DNA of 63,139 nucleotides, filler included, from Octopus bimaculoides (GCF_001194135.2; 7 parts of 6 records of this genome joined end to end with filler, not necessarily neighbours in it); one strand, 5' to 3'; shown: positions 48,690 through 61,530, counted from the first letter of the whole stretch. Made by a program: numbers and translations. The notes: generated by a model from the letters alone, not told the origin.

Positions 48690-49045
48690 CCACTGGTCAT
48701 GATGCACTTCCTTGCATTGCTTTAGCTTTTGAACGATGCCANNNNNNNNNNCTGGTCATGATGCACTTCCTTGCATTGCTTTAGCTTTTGAACGATGCCA
48801 CCCTGCTGAAGTAGGCAGGCCAGCCAACATTCTACCAGGATGGAATACCAGTCCATCAATGGGTGACACANNNNNNNNNNGGATGGAATACCAGTCCATC
48901 AATGGGTGACACATTTACAGCTGAGTGGACTGCAGCAATGTGAGATGAAGTGTTTAGCTCAAGAACACAACACACTACTGACCTGGGAATTGAAACCCTG
49001 ACCTTATGATTATGAGTATAACACCCTAACCACTAGACTGTGCAC
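48690..49045 (-). mobile_element. tRNA-derived SINE family C
   Basis: Reverse strand reads TAGTGGTTAGGG...GTTTCAATTCCC head, then GTTCTTGAGCTAAACACTT core. Confidence 0.7.
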
Positions 49046-49224
49046 CTTCGCAGTTATGGACATCAAACATTATTGTATTAGAAGTCATCTATTTTAATGA
49101 TATAAATTCAAGAGAAACTTTAGGTCAATTCAATCAATGGAATTCAGTTTATGGCTAAAAATCATATTTAGCATAAAGTATTTACTGCCATTGTCAAATA
49201 AAATTGTCATTTTTTTTACCATAT

Positions 49225-49345
49225 TCCACCGAGGTCGACTTTGCCCTTCATCCATTCAGGCTCAATAAGATAAGTACTAGTTGGGCTCTGGTGGGCTAAT
49301 TTAACCCGTCCCTCAAAATTTCAGGCCTTGTGCTTTTAATAGAAA
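49225..49345 (+). mobile_element. SINE family B, 3' part
   Basis: CCGAGGTCGACTTTGCCCTTCATCC...TAAGTAC...GGCCTTGTGC. Confidence 0.7.
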
Positions 49346-49561
49346 GGATTATTTTTCACTACATGAATACAGATTCACATTACTCCTTTTTGAAAGAGTA
49401 TTGACCAGCTCACAGTTGGTCCAAATAATAAACGTTTGAATGAAGTTAAGTGTTTCTGCCTTTCGTGTAATAATTGCTGAATTTATTGTAAAAAATTATT
49501 CTTGTATTGTAAGTACAAAATATCTCCAGGAGTTTAGAACAATAGTTTTATATTTAAATAG

Positions 49562-49696
49562 GAAGAAATCCATGCAAGCAGGCTAAATGTCAACATATTT
49601 GTGTTGTGACTCATACCTCTGACAATGATGGGCTTGGTTACCGTTGTCTGTGTCAAATAGGTTTCGTTCCTGATTCAAGCCAAATGAATTGTACAC
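49562..49696 (+). CDS. LRP2: LRP2/megalin-like EGF-like domain exon (phase 1 to 1)
   Basis: ttaaatag|GA...ACA C|gtaagt; 135 nt; GRNPCKQAKCQHICVVTHTSDNDGLGYRCLCQIGFVPDSSQMNCT. All six Cys present; SDNDGLGYRC matches the LRP2-specific TDNDGLGFRC (recalled). Confidence 0.93.
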
Positions 49697-50409
49697 GTAA
49701 GTATTAAGCATTTAAGTCATTCTGTTGTTTACAATGATAACCANNNNNNNNNNNNNNNNNNNNNNNNNNNNNNNNNNNNNNNNNNNNNNNNNNNNNNNNN
49801 NNNNNNNNNNNNNNNNNNNNNNNNNNNNNNNNNNNNNNNNNNNNNNNNNNNNNNNNNNNNNNNNNNNNNNNNNNNNNNNNNNNNNNNNNNNNNNNNNNNN
49901 NNNNNNNNNNNNNNNNNNNNNNNNNNNNNNNNNNNNNNNNNNNNNNNNNNNNNNNNNNNNNNNNNNNNCACAAAAGAAATCACTTTCAACTTGCTAAAAT
50001 AATATTTGGGATGCTTTATCTCTCCTAAGTATAGGAGCAAATGTGTTATATAAGATTAACTTTGAGGATCTGATCAAAGACTTTGCAAATACAAATAAAG
50101 TGGAAGTATACAAAAATAAACATTATTTCCCATCTCACTGTTAGTTTTGTTTCATTTTGAAAAATAAAAAATGTATTTCATGGTTTATTATTGTTTATAT
50201 TTTGAATTACATATATATATGGGGGAGCACTAAAGTCTTTTAAGGGTCTTAATCCAGACCTGTGTATTATAAAATTACTTGCCATTTTCTGTTCAGTGTG
50301 CAAACCAAAAATTCTACCCATCAGCCCTACCTAAATAGGGTTAGTAGAGATCATTTGGTGTCTTACCCTGAGCATCTCATAAACAGAGCTAATGACACAA
50401 TATAACAAG

Positions 50410-50930
50410 GGTGTGTTGTGTTAAGAAGTTTGCTTCCCAACCACATAGTTTCTGGTTCAGTCCCATTGTGTGACACCTTTGGTTCCACATGGTGTCTTTT
50501 ACAATAGCTCCAGGCCAACCAAAGCTTTTTGGGTAGATTGGTAGATGGAAACTGAAAGAAGCCTGCCATACACATATGTATGTGTGGGAGGGGTTATATT
50601 TCCCTTGTCTTTATGTATTTCATCTGCTGATAGTAAACAATGGCTATGCTAACGGTGCCATTTGCTCACGGCCAACTGTGAAACATGTCCAGGCGTCTTG
50701 GGCTGTCTTGAAATGTTCTGCAATCTTTGTAAACAAAACGCTCGTTTATACAGTGTCGTTTGTTTCCCATTCTCTACTTAAAACACATCTGAGCTGTTTG
50801 TTGTTGGATAGACTGGGAAATTATTAACATTCTTGGAAACAAATTATGGTTGGTGACAGGAAAGGCATAAAAATCTCTACCCTAGCTATTCTCTTGTATA
50901 ATCCATCTAAATATGAAAAAGCAGATGTTT
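50410..50930 (+). mobile_element. SINE family A with RTE-like tail
   Basis: AAGAAGTTTGCTTCCCAACCACAT...GGTTCAGTCCC...GGAAACTGAAAGAAGCC...GGTGACAGGAAAGGCAT. Confidence 0.75.
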
Positions 50931-51008
50931 AAAAAAACAAAATATAATAAAGATGACAGAAACATTTGCAACTGATATTTTTTTCCTATTTTTTTATTTT
51001 TGATTTAG

Positions 51009-51510
51009 GTGTCAATAAATTTATTTTAATTTCCAAAAGAAACATTATTCAAGGTCTACCACTGGATAGAAAGTCTACTTTCAATGCAAATGCTATTCTA
51101 CCAGTCACAAACACTTTTTCAAGGAGCCCTTCTATTNNNNNNNNNNNNNNNNNNNNNNNNNNNNNNNNNNNNNNNNNNNNNNNNNNNNNNNNNNNNNNNN
51201 NNNNNNNNNNNNNNNNNNNNNNNNNNNNNNNNNNNNNNNNNNNNNNNNNNNNNNNNNNNNNNNNNNNNNNNNNNNNNNNNNNNNNNNNNNNNNNNNNNNN
51301 NNNNNNNNNNNNNNNNNNNNNNNNNNNNNNNNNNNNNNNNNNNNNNNNNNNNNNNNNNNNNNNNNNNNNNNNNNNNNNNNNNNNNNNNNNNNNNNNNNNN
51401 NNNNNNNNNNNNNNNNNNNNNNNNNNNNNNNNNNNNNNNNNNNNNNNNNNNNNNNNNNNNNNNNNNNNNNNNNNNNNNNNNNNNNNNNNACGCCATGCGT
51501 CCATTTGCAA
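51009..51510 (+). CDS. LRP2: LRP2/megalin-like exon(s), start of propeller 2, interrupted by an N gap (51137-51489)
   Basis: tgatttag|GT GTC; RVNKFILISKRNIIQGLPLDRKSTFNANAILPVT (cf. VQNFLIFSSQVAIRGIPF...VMVPVS). After the gap, AMRPFA|gtaagt (cf. VVHPFAG). The gap could hide an extra intron. Confidence 0.75.
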
Positions 51511-51544
51511 GTAAGTTTTAACTTCATAAAGTAAATACTGATTA

Positions 51545-51815
51545 TGGTTTCAAATTTTGGCTCAAGGCCAACAATTTCAGGGAAGGGGTAAGTCGATTAC
51601 ATTGACCCCAGTTTTCAACTGGNNNNNNNNNNATTTCAGGGAAGGGGTAAGTCGATTACATTGACCCCAGTTTTCAACTGGTACTTATTTTACTGACACC
51701 AAAAGGATGAAAGGATAAGTGAACCTTGGCAAGATTGAACTCAGAACATGAACACAGATGAAATGCTGCTAAACATATTGGCCAATATGCTAACACTCCT
51801 GCCAGCTCACTGCCT
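51545..51815 (-). mobile_element. SINE family B
   Basis: Reverse complement of the family B consensus; contains an assembly overlap duplication. Confidence 0.75.
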
Positions 51816-52259
51816 TTTTTGAACTCAGAACTTGAAGGACNNNNNNNNNNNNNNNNNNNNTTTGTCCAACTCACTAAGGATTCTGTCAGCTCTCTGCCAG
51901 TAAATGCTAACAAAAACATTAGCATTGATTCAAATGGTAGCACTGGTCAACACTATTTTTTCATCAAGGTTATTTGAGTGGTTTTGGGGTAAGTTTGGGA
52001 TGCTGAATCTAAACATAGCATCAGTATGACCAAAATTGGCTCTAATTTTTGGTTTAATCGAAGCCCTTATTTTTGAGCATTTGCCTTGTTCCCCTATTAT
52101 TTTTTATTATATACAGTTGTTGCTGAATAGACTTTTAGGTATCAAACCTTATAATTCATTTCATATGAAATGATGTAATCAAAAATACTTTTACATTTAT
52201 TCTAGAACATTTATTCTGACTGTTGNNNNNNNNNNNNNNNNNNNNNNNNNNNNNNNNTT

Positions 52260-52403
52260 GAAAGAAATGAAGCTAGCATGATCTGCTGGATGTGTAATGT
52301 CAGTGTGTGCACAAAACAGAGTGTAAGCACCCTGAAAGAAAGGTTGGACATACGAAGCATCAAATGTGGTGTGCAAGAGAGATGACTGCACTAGTATGGT
52401 CAT
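52260..52403 (+). mobile_element. RTE RT fragment
   Basis: ERNEASMICWMCNVSV..KQSVSTLKERLDIRSIKCGVQER. Confidence 0.75.
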
Positions 52404-53238
52404 NNNNNNNNNNNNNNNNNNNNNNNNNNNNNNNNNNNNNNNNNNNNTTAATTAATTAANNNNNNNNNNNNNNNNNNNNNNNNNNNNNNNNNNNNNNNNN
52501 NNNATATATATATATATATACATATATATATGTACATGTATGTATATATATATGCGCGTCTGTGTATATGTATAAGTATTTAGTATAATGTGTAAATGTG
52601 TGTGCGTGACTGCTTGTGTGCGTGCGTGCTGTACTGAATGTCGTATAGAGTAAAGTTTCATCGTTTGAAGCGTCCCTGCTATTGGGAGATAGAAAACAAA
52701 AAAAGCTATCGGCAATCTTTAGCAACTCCCAAAGAGAGAATGGAAATAATTTCAAGGAATCTAAAATAAATATTTCTGGTTAATTTCTATGTTCCGTGAA
52801 GTCCACTCAGATCGCAGTTGCAACCAGCGGATATTAAATCATACGTTTCGGTCAATTTGACATTATCAGCTTTGTACATTTTCAATTTGTTAACAGATAG
52901 GTAATTACACTTTAACAGAATGAAGCTCATTTTTGACCACGAGTCGTTAACATAACTAAAAACATATGGAGTTAAGATTATATAGCACTTGGAAGTCAGC
53001 AGTATGAAAAGGTATAATTTAGTTAAAAGTTGGTGTACTTAAAGCAGTACAAAATATATTAATTTTCTAAATTTTCACAACGTGTGGTAAAGAGAAATTA
53101 AAAACCTTGCAGCAGCTGTTAACGACTCTCTAGAATGAAGAGAAATTATTTAAAAGGATTGAGAATATATTTTTCAACTTAATTTTATGCTACGGAAAGA
53201 GTAGTCTCATTCTCCCACAAGCGAAAACACAGACGTGT

Positions 53239-53293
<55 letters not shown>

Positions 53294-53382
53294 CACGCAC
53301 ACACACATACACCACCCCTACACACACATACCCTCATAAGCATACAGGCATACATACATACGTACATACATACATACACACA

Positions 53383-53416
<34 letters not shown>

Positions 53417-53769
53417 CATACATGCATACATATATATGAGGTCCTAACAGAGTAGACATAGTATGATATTTCCAATGCAGTACGTAACCCGAGATTTAGG
53501 TTAGGTACACTGTCGGGTTCAAGACTAGTTGGTGTATGAATCAATTTATCCAAGACCCCTGCAAGGCTAAGGAAAGAATTACTGATGACCAGGAGGATGG
53601 AAATAAATGTGTGAGGGTATGCACCGAACAATATGATACCAACATGGTATCAATACTAGCGTTTCTCATCAAAAACGTGGAAGTGAAACGCTTGGCATTC
53701 CTTAAAAATATGTAAACATGAAGAGGGCCACAATACTAACACATGTAATCAATAGTTGCCTGAAAATGT

Positions 53770-54560
53770 CATTAAGTTATCTTATCAGCAACATGATGTT
53801 AAATCAAAACACAACGGGATCCACAGAAAAGCCTGCCTTGTGATATGAACAACAACTCTGCTACATTATGAATATTAGTGGAATATTCCCCGATATTGCA
53901 CCTCTGATGTTGGTTACACATATTAATGACGTAAGTGCCAACTTCAAGAATGTCAGTGTTGAAATATGAAAATGACAAACTGTACTTTAAGATGGAAATA
54001 ACAGATCCTATACGATGTAGATCTTTCCTGCAATCGGACTTGGAGACAAAACGGCAATAGATTACTGACTGGTAACTGAAGCTGGCTGTGAACAAGTGAA
54101 CTGTCATGCATTTTGGGAGGAACACCCCCAGCTTTTACAAACTCCCTTAACAACACTAATCTTAAGAGATCTGCTAATGAACGTGCCCTGAGTATTATTG
54201 TCTACAGTGATTTGAGTTGAACAAACTACCATTCTAAAATTACCAAGAAGTCTGAAGGTGTGTAAGTCATACAGTAATATCTTTGTCATACTCTCTCCAC
54301 GTTCTGAATTCCATAGGCCTAATACATTTGGACATGATTAAAAACTCAAAAACAACACTACTCAAATGACTTTTGGGAACAATTTTTCCCATTCAAATTT
54401 GATGAAGCATGGAATGAACTATCTGCACCAGTGGCTGTCAGGAAACTGCATATTTCAAACGCTACATGCTTGCTACTATTTTCCAACAGTACGTCTAATG
54501 ATCCCCTCCCACATCTTAACGACTTATTCTCGTCTCTTCCATATATAGAGTTCAGGTGCT
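53770..54560 (+). mobile_element. Degenerate CR1/L2-group LINE RT
   Basis: PLMLVTHIND...KLYF...FLQSDL...DW*LKLAVNK*TVMHFGRN...ERALSIIVYSDLS; many stops and frameshifts. Confidence 0.7.
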
Positions 54561-55626
54561 TTTAGTTACTTTTTCTGAGGAGCTCTAATGCATCCGAGCA
54601 CTGTATACAAGTCCCATTGTCATTATATTATAACAGGTTTATATAGGTATTAGGCATTGAAAACAAATCCTGTATAGTCACAGATGATAGTTTCCTGTAC
54701 ATATGCACATCCTTCCGAAATCAACAAGGAGGATATTTCTGAAGAACTGTTTCGAAGGATGCACCTCATTTACGCTCAATATACATTCGTATAATGTGAT
54801 AATCATTGCTGCGATTGGTAATGTTACCAAATGTCAAAATGAATATTGGGAGGGCTAGGATTTATGGGTAAGGAAAGTGACTAGCTAAAACTTACGTACT
54901 TGAAGCTCAGAGTTTATGAGTAGATACATATGTGTGTATGAGTGCATTTGTGTGTATGTATGTGAGTGTATGAATACATATTTGAATGGATGAGTGCATA
55001 CTTTATACATATGTAGATTTTCGTCATTCCTTCGTTTTAACGTTAACCAATCATCCCAAATTGAAAACATATTCACACTAATGTATACTATCGAAATTTG
55101 TGACTTCAAATTTGTTTGTAACTCGCTGTCTGAAACACACTAATACGCTCAAGGACAAACAAAATGAAACAAAACATGCTTGCATTAGTTTTTATTACGT
55201 TTGAGCTCGAAATTTGTATATAATGCTATATGCGTGCCTCGAGCGGCAGAGAAACTAAATATAGTATTATATTCAGCTTCGAAAATATACCTCAACAGTA
55301 TTCTCATACACATGCATAAATATATGTGCGTGTGTAAGAGGGTGCGTGCACACTGTATCCAGGATATACTCTACATGTTCGTGTTCGTTTTTGCTACAAA
55401 AATCGTATTGTCTAACAAGTTGTTTATTTGAAATATATGCCCGCATATGTATATATATATATACATATATATATTATTGTTATTATTATTATTATTAATA
55501 TTATTATTTCATGATTTTTACATTATAGTTTATTTTACTTCTTTATAGTGTATTTACTTATTACTTTTTTCTATATGTGACTGTATATTTTCATGGATGA
55601 CTTCATGAACTTTGATTCTTTTCTCT

Positions 55627-55665
<39 letters not shown>

Positions 55666-55983
55666 NNNNNNNNNNNNNNNNNNNNNNNNNNNNNNNNNNN
55701 NNNNNNNNNNNNNNNNNNNNNNNNNNNNNNNNNNNNNNNNNNNNNNNNNNNNNNNNNNNNNNNNNNNNNNNNNNNNNNNNNNNNNNNNNNNNNNNNNNNN
55801 NNNNNNNNNNNNNNNNNNNNNNNNNNNNNNNNNNNNNNNNNNNNNNNNNNNNNNNNNNNNNNNNNNNNNNNNNNNNNNNNNNNNNNNNNNNNNNNNNNNN
55901 NNNNNNTTTACATGCAGACACAAATACATATATATTATACATATAGCTATCTGTCTATCTGCCTATCTATTTATCTATTTATC

Positions 55984-56034
<51 letters not shown>

Positions 56035-56074
56035 ACACACACACATACACACACATATATATATATATATATAT

Positions 56075-56690
56075 CTACAATTTGCTCGCGTCCAGAGACA
56101 GAAACATGGAAGCTCTGCGTCACCATCAAAATATGTTTGGTATCTGAAGAACAGCAGCACCTAGGTACATACCATCAATTGCATATTGAAGTACGAGGGA
56201 AAACTTACACCGGATATGGTTCAAGATGCAACATGTGTATCAGAAATATTAAGCACCTATTTCTGTATGTTATATACATTTGTTAGCCCTGGTGCTTTTG
56301 TTATGTATTTGTCTGATTATTTTTTTTATCATATCTAATGCGCCTACTATGATAGAAATTGTTTCTGTTTTCAGACTCCCCATTCGAGTTACCTCTATTT
56401 CCAGGTCTTTGTATTTTGAAAGTTTCTTAATTTCTTTTAGAGAAATGTTGTCATCTGTTGGCATTGATGCATCAATTAGAAAGCATTATTATTCTTGATG
56501 ATCTCTGCCAACTATATCTGGTCTATTGGCATTAATTTCACTAGCTGCGTGTATTGGCATATCAAATAGTATTGTTGCTTTCTCATTTTCTGTGACTTTT
56601 TCTGGCGTGTGCCTATACCACCTTTTTCTGTTGTTATTTCATAGTGTTGGCATAGCTTCCAGTGTATGTAAGTCCCAACTCTCTCGTGTA
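56075..56690 (-). mobile_element. R4/Dong-like element 3' fragment (RLE domain)
   Basis: HERVGTYIHWKLCQHY...PEKVTENEKATILFDMPIHT...ANRPDIV...FLID...KLSKYKDLEIE...IIVGAL. Confidence 0.88.
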
Positions 56691-56710
56691 TTATTATTAT
56701 TATTATTAAT

Positions 56711-56766
<56 letters not shown>

Positions 56767-56779
56767 TATCATCATCATT

Positions 56780-57190
56780 GCTTTGCACAGCTTCTAACGC
56801 TGGAGATATACTACAGTGTCAGTTGTTCACTACCAGTGAACTAAAGTAATACCTCTTATTTTTCGAGCACCTTCCGGTGTATTCGAGCGGTTCCAAGCAG
56901 TGCTGGTTTCTGCAAGTGCTCCACCCTTATTGCAGCTCCTATTTGTTCCACGTACTTCTAGAGATGTTTGCTCATTGTTCCCAGGGCACCGACAATTATT
57001 GGTACTACCACTACCTTTTTCATCGACCACAACTACTTAACTTCACAAGCTAACCTGTCATATATCTCGACTTTTCTTTCTTCCTTATCGCATACCTTGT
57101 TGTCAGCTGGGCATACTATATCTATGATCCAACATAGTTTGCTTTCATTCTCAATTAAGACTATGTCTAGCTTCCTGTTCTCTATCGCAT
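56780..57190 (-). mobile_element. Second, distinct R4/Dong-like element 3' fragment (RLE domain)
   Basis: NRKLDIVLIE...CWIIDIVCPAD...ERKVEIYDRL...VVVPIIVGALG...LQKPALLGTARIHRKVLEK* (stop 56856-56858), then a short 3' UTR running into (GAT)n. Confidence 0.85.
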
Positions 57191-57664
57191 GGCCACAGTG
57201 AATCAGTGAGTGAGTGTGTGTGTGTCTGCGTGTGTGTCTGTGTGTGCGTGCGCGCGCGTGAGTGTGTGTGTGTGTGTGTGTGTTTGTCCCCCGACACCGT
57301 TTGATAAACGATGTTTTTGTATTTATATCCCCGTAACTTAGCGTCTCGGCAAAGAGTACGATAGAATATGGACATGGCTTAAGAAAATGTGCTGGTATCG
57401 ATTTGCTCGACTAAAATCCTTCAAGACGGTGCCCCAGCATGGCCACAGTCTAATGACTGAAACAAAGAGAAAGATAAAATGAAAGAATATGCGTATTTTT
57501 ATGGTGGATGTGGACGTGTTTATGTGTGTATATATAGATATAGATATATACCTAAATACACACTCGCACGTGTGCACACAGACACACACATATATGTATA
57601 TGTATATCGTATATTTCTAAATATATGCACATTTTTATATATATTCATATATCTATGTACATAT

Positions 57665-57725
<61 letters not shown>

Positions 57726-58292
57726 TAGGGAGAGAGAAAGAAAGACAGAGAGAAAGACGGAGAGAACGAAGGATCGTGTGACGATATATGGGAGAGGAAA
57801 CAGAAGTTTAAATTGTCACTAACGCTTATTGTTCTCAAATATTCTCACATCTATGTTTCTCCTTTTAACTTGTTTTTCTACATGGTTGATTTCTGCGATA
57901 AATGGAAAAATACAACTATATAGAACACCGTTCGCTGTATTGAAACACGAGTATTTACAGCTCAACTCTCCAGTAAAAATTTCGTTTGACAATTATCACT
58001 AAAATTGACATTAATAACAAAGAATTTTAACCGCTGGTCCGTAAGCCAATTTGGTTTACCACATGATTTTAATTCAGCAGTATTATTTTGAATTACTGTA
58101 GTAGTATCTGAAATGCTTTTACATGCTCCCAGAACAGCTCGATATAGTTCCTCTGGATCTCTTTGAATTCATAACCCTATTACGTTCGAATTACGATACA
58201 CATTATATATATCGATGCCCTGTTGATGTGCTGTTTTCCGCTCGCGTATTGTTTATTGACTATAAACAAGTGTAAAGGAAACAACATATAAC

Positions 58293-58460
58293 TGGCGCAG
58301 GCGCAGTTGTATGGTAAGCAGTTTGCTTCCCAAACACAAGGCCTCGGGTTCAGTCCAACTACGTAGCACCTTGGGCAAATGTCTTTTACTATAGCCTCGG
58401 CTCCATCAAAACCGTGTAAATGCATTTGGTTACGGAGGCTCTAGGAACCTCGTTTTATAT
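58293..58460 (+). mobile_element. SINE family A
   Basis: GGCGCAGGCGCAGTTGTATGGTAAGCAGTTTGCTTCCC...GGGTTCAGTCC. Confidence 0.75.
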
Positions 58461-59859
58461 NNNNNNNNNNNNNNNNNNNNNNNNNNNNNNNNNNNNNNNN
58501 NNNNNNNNNNNNNNNNNNNNNNNNNNNNNNNNNNNNNNNNNNNNNNNNNNNNNNNNNNNNNNNNNNNNNNNNNNNNNNNNNNNNNNNNNNNNNNNNNNNN
58601 NNNNNNNNNNNNNNNNNNNNNNNNNNNNNNNNNNNNNNNNNNNNNNNNNNNNNNNNNNNNNNNNNNNNNNNNNNNNNNNNNNNNNNNNNNNNNNNNNNNN
58701 NNNNNNNNNNNNNNNNNNNNNNNNNNNNNNNNNNNNNNNNNNNNNNNNNNNNNNNNNNNNNNNNNNNNNNNNNNNNNNNNNNNNNNNNNNNNNNNNNNNN
58801 NNNNNNNNNNNNNNNNNNNNNNNNNNNNNNNNNNNNNNNNNNNNNNNNNNNNNNNNNNNNNNNNNNNNNNNNNNNNNNNNNNNNNNNNNNNNNNNNNNNN
58901 NNNNNNNNNNNNNNNNNNNNNNNNNNNNNNNNNNNNNNNNNNNNNNNNNNNNNNNNNNNNNNNNNNNNNNNNNNNNNNNNNNNNNNNNNNNNNNNNNNNN
59001 NNNNNNNNNNNNNNNNNNNNNNNNNNNNNNNNNNNNNNNNNNNNNNNNNNNNNNNNNNNNNNNNNNNNNNNNNNNNNNNNNNNNNNNNNNNNNNNNNNNN
59101 NNNNNNNNNNNNNNNNNNNNNNNNNNNNNNNNNNNNNNNNNNNNNNNNNNNNNNNNNNNNNNNNNNNNNNNNNNNNNNNNNNNNNNNNNNNNNNNNNNNN
59201 NNNNNNNNNNNNNNNNNNNNNNNNNNNNNNNNNNNNNNNNNNNNNNNNNNNNNNNNNNNNNNNNNNNNNNNNNNNNNNNNNNNNNNNNNNNNNNNNNNNN
59301 NNNNNNNNNNNNNNNNNNNNNNNNNNNNNNNNNNNNNNNNNNNNNNNNNNNNNNNNNNNNNNNNNNNNNNNNNNNNNNNNNNNNNNNNNNNNNNNNNNNN
59401 NNNNNNNNNNNNNNNNNNNNNNATATATTATATATATATATATACACAAACTCGCACACGCACACACACACACACACTCGCACGCAACGCATGCATATAT
59501 GTTGGTGTTTGTGTGTTTTTATTCTTTTATCCTTTTACTTCTCTCAGTCATATAACTGATGCCATGAAGAAATTTAATTTAAAAAATCGGCACAAGGACT
59601 TATCTTTATAAAGCCTAGCACTTATTCCATCGGTTCTTTTGTCAAGGGGCGATTTGGGAACAAACAAACAAACACACACACAGATATGTGTGCTGAGCTT
59701 CTTTCACGTTCCGTCTACCAAATCCACTCACAATCCGGAGGCTATAGTAGAAGTCGCTTGCCCGAGTTTCCACGCAACCATGTGGTTGGGAAACATGCTT
59801 CTTACCATGCAGTCACATCTGCGCCTATACATTTTTTATTCTTTTTGACCATTATGAGG

Positions 59860-60055
59860 CGAGCAGGCAGAATCGTTACCACGATGGGAAAAATGCTTAG
59901 TCCTAATTCCGAGTTCCAATTTCACCGAGGACGGCTAAGCCTTACATTACTTCGATGTCGATAAAATAAGTACCAGTTTAATACAGAGGTCGAGATAATC
60001 GACTTACTCCCTGCCCCGAAACTGCTGGCCTTGTACCAAAATTTGAAATCAATAT
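59860..60055 (+). mobile_element. SINE family B
   Basis: GGCAGAATCGTTA...GAGTTCCAATTTCACCGAGG...GGCCTTGTACCAAAATTTGAAA. Confidence 0.8.
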
Positions 60056-60563
60056 TACAAAATTAAGAAATAACTAAAGCTCATTCCAAACATTCAGTAG
60101 CTCATCACCTGTAAAGAGGTTTCAGTTTAACGGGTTTCTTCAATCAATGAAATTTCTCTATGAAAAATTTCTTGGATTCATTGAAGTAATATATTTTTTA
60201 AAAAGTTACATTTGAAGGAAGAGTTCATTATCATTGCCGAACAATTGTATACGTAATAATCAAATATGTGTTTTGCGACAACGAGTAAAATGGCGTTCGA
60301 CAAAAAAATAGTGCATTTCTACAGCACGATTTCAGCAGAAGTGACTTTCCTTTTTAAGTACAACTCTAAAATACATATTTTTATAAATTTTAATGGCGAT
60401 ATTACCTCCTTAAACCAATTACGCCAAGGTCGAATTTTGCCTCTCATCTTTTCGAAATGCCAGTTGAGCACTGGAGTCGATGTAATCAACTATCCCCTCC
60501 ACCAAACTTCAGGCCTTGTGACTATAGAAGAAAGGATTATTATTATTATTATTATTATTAGTA

Positions 60564-60612
<49 letters not shown>

Positions 60613-60723
60613 NNNNNNNNNNNNNNNNNNNNNNNNNNNNNNNNNNNNNNNNNNNNTTAATTAATTAANNNNNNNNNNNNNNNNNNNNNNNNNNNNNNNN
60701 NNNNNNNNNNNNATATATATATA

Positions 60724-60890
60724 TACGACGGGCTTCTTTCAGTTTCCGTTTACCAAATCCACTCACAAGGGTTTGGTCGGCCCGAGGCTATAGTAGAAGA
60801 CACTTGCCATAGGTGCCACACTGTGGGACTGAATCCGGAACCATCAGGCAGGGAATCAAGCTTTCTTACCACACAGCCAATCTTGCGCCT
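60724..60890 (-). mobile_element. SINE family A, near consensus
   Basis: Reverse strand GGCGCAAGATTGGCTGTGTGGTAAGAAAGCTT...GATTCAGTCCC...GAAACTGAAAGAAGCCCGTCG. Confidence 0.85.
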
Positions 60891-61278
60891 ATATATGTGT
60901 ATGTGCGTATATATATATATTTATAATTATATACATGTATATAAATAAAACTAAACAGGCAAATAAAGAAGAAAAAACGCAAGTCATCCAAGAATTAGAT
61001 GAAGTTCATGTCAAGTGATACGGTTTGCCATCAATCATTTTTACTGGCAGAAAAGTTCGTTTTCTGAGATTCTTACTCTCTTGTAGCTGCTAAGTTGGAT
61101 TATCTTAACAAGACTCTAATATAAACTGCGTTTTCCTTCCACCTGTAGGCTGTCAGTAAGATAATTGAGTGTTGTGTCTTAACAGCGAAGGTCAGTAGTT
61201 TTTGAGTAGCGGTCAAACATGTCCAACCAAACTATTTGTAGTCCAACTCTCTCTTGCTCTCTTATGCGAAATAACGAT

Positions 61279-61315
<37 letters not shown>

Positions 61316-61488
61316 ATCGGGGGCCAAATTAGATTACAATAGTACGATGTAACTAACAAAGCCAAAGAAACAAAAAAGAAAAACAAAAGACTAAAAGAGA
61401 AACGACGATGACGACGACGACGACAATGATGATGATGGTGATGATGGTTGTGGTGGGTGTGGTTGTAGTGGTGGTTGTGATGATGGCT

Positions 61489-61530
<42 letters not shown>

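Noticed and set aside
48692-48911. Short direct repeats flanking 10-N gaps (also 51574-51680)
   Set aside because: Typical unmerged contig overlaps, not true tandem duplications.
53799-54125. 108-aa minus-strand ORF
   Set aside because: Antisense shadow of the plus-strand degenerate LINE RT.
24091-59559. Long ORFs of 200-400 aa made of X (e.g. 24091, 40631, 45934, 58420)
   Set aside because: They run through N gaps and microsatellites.
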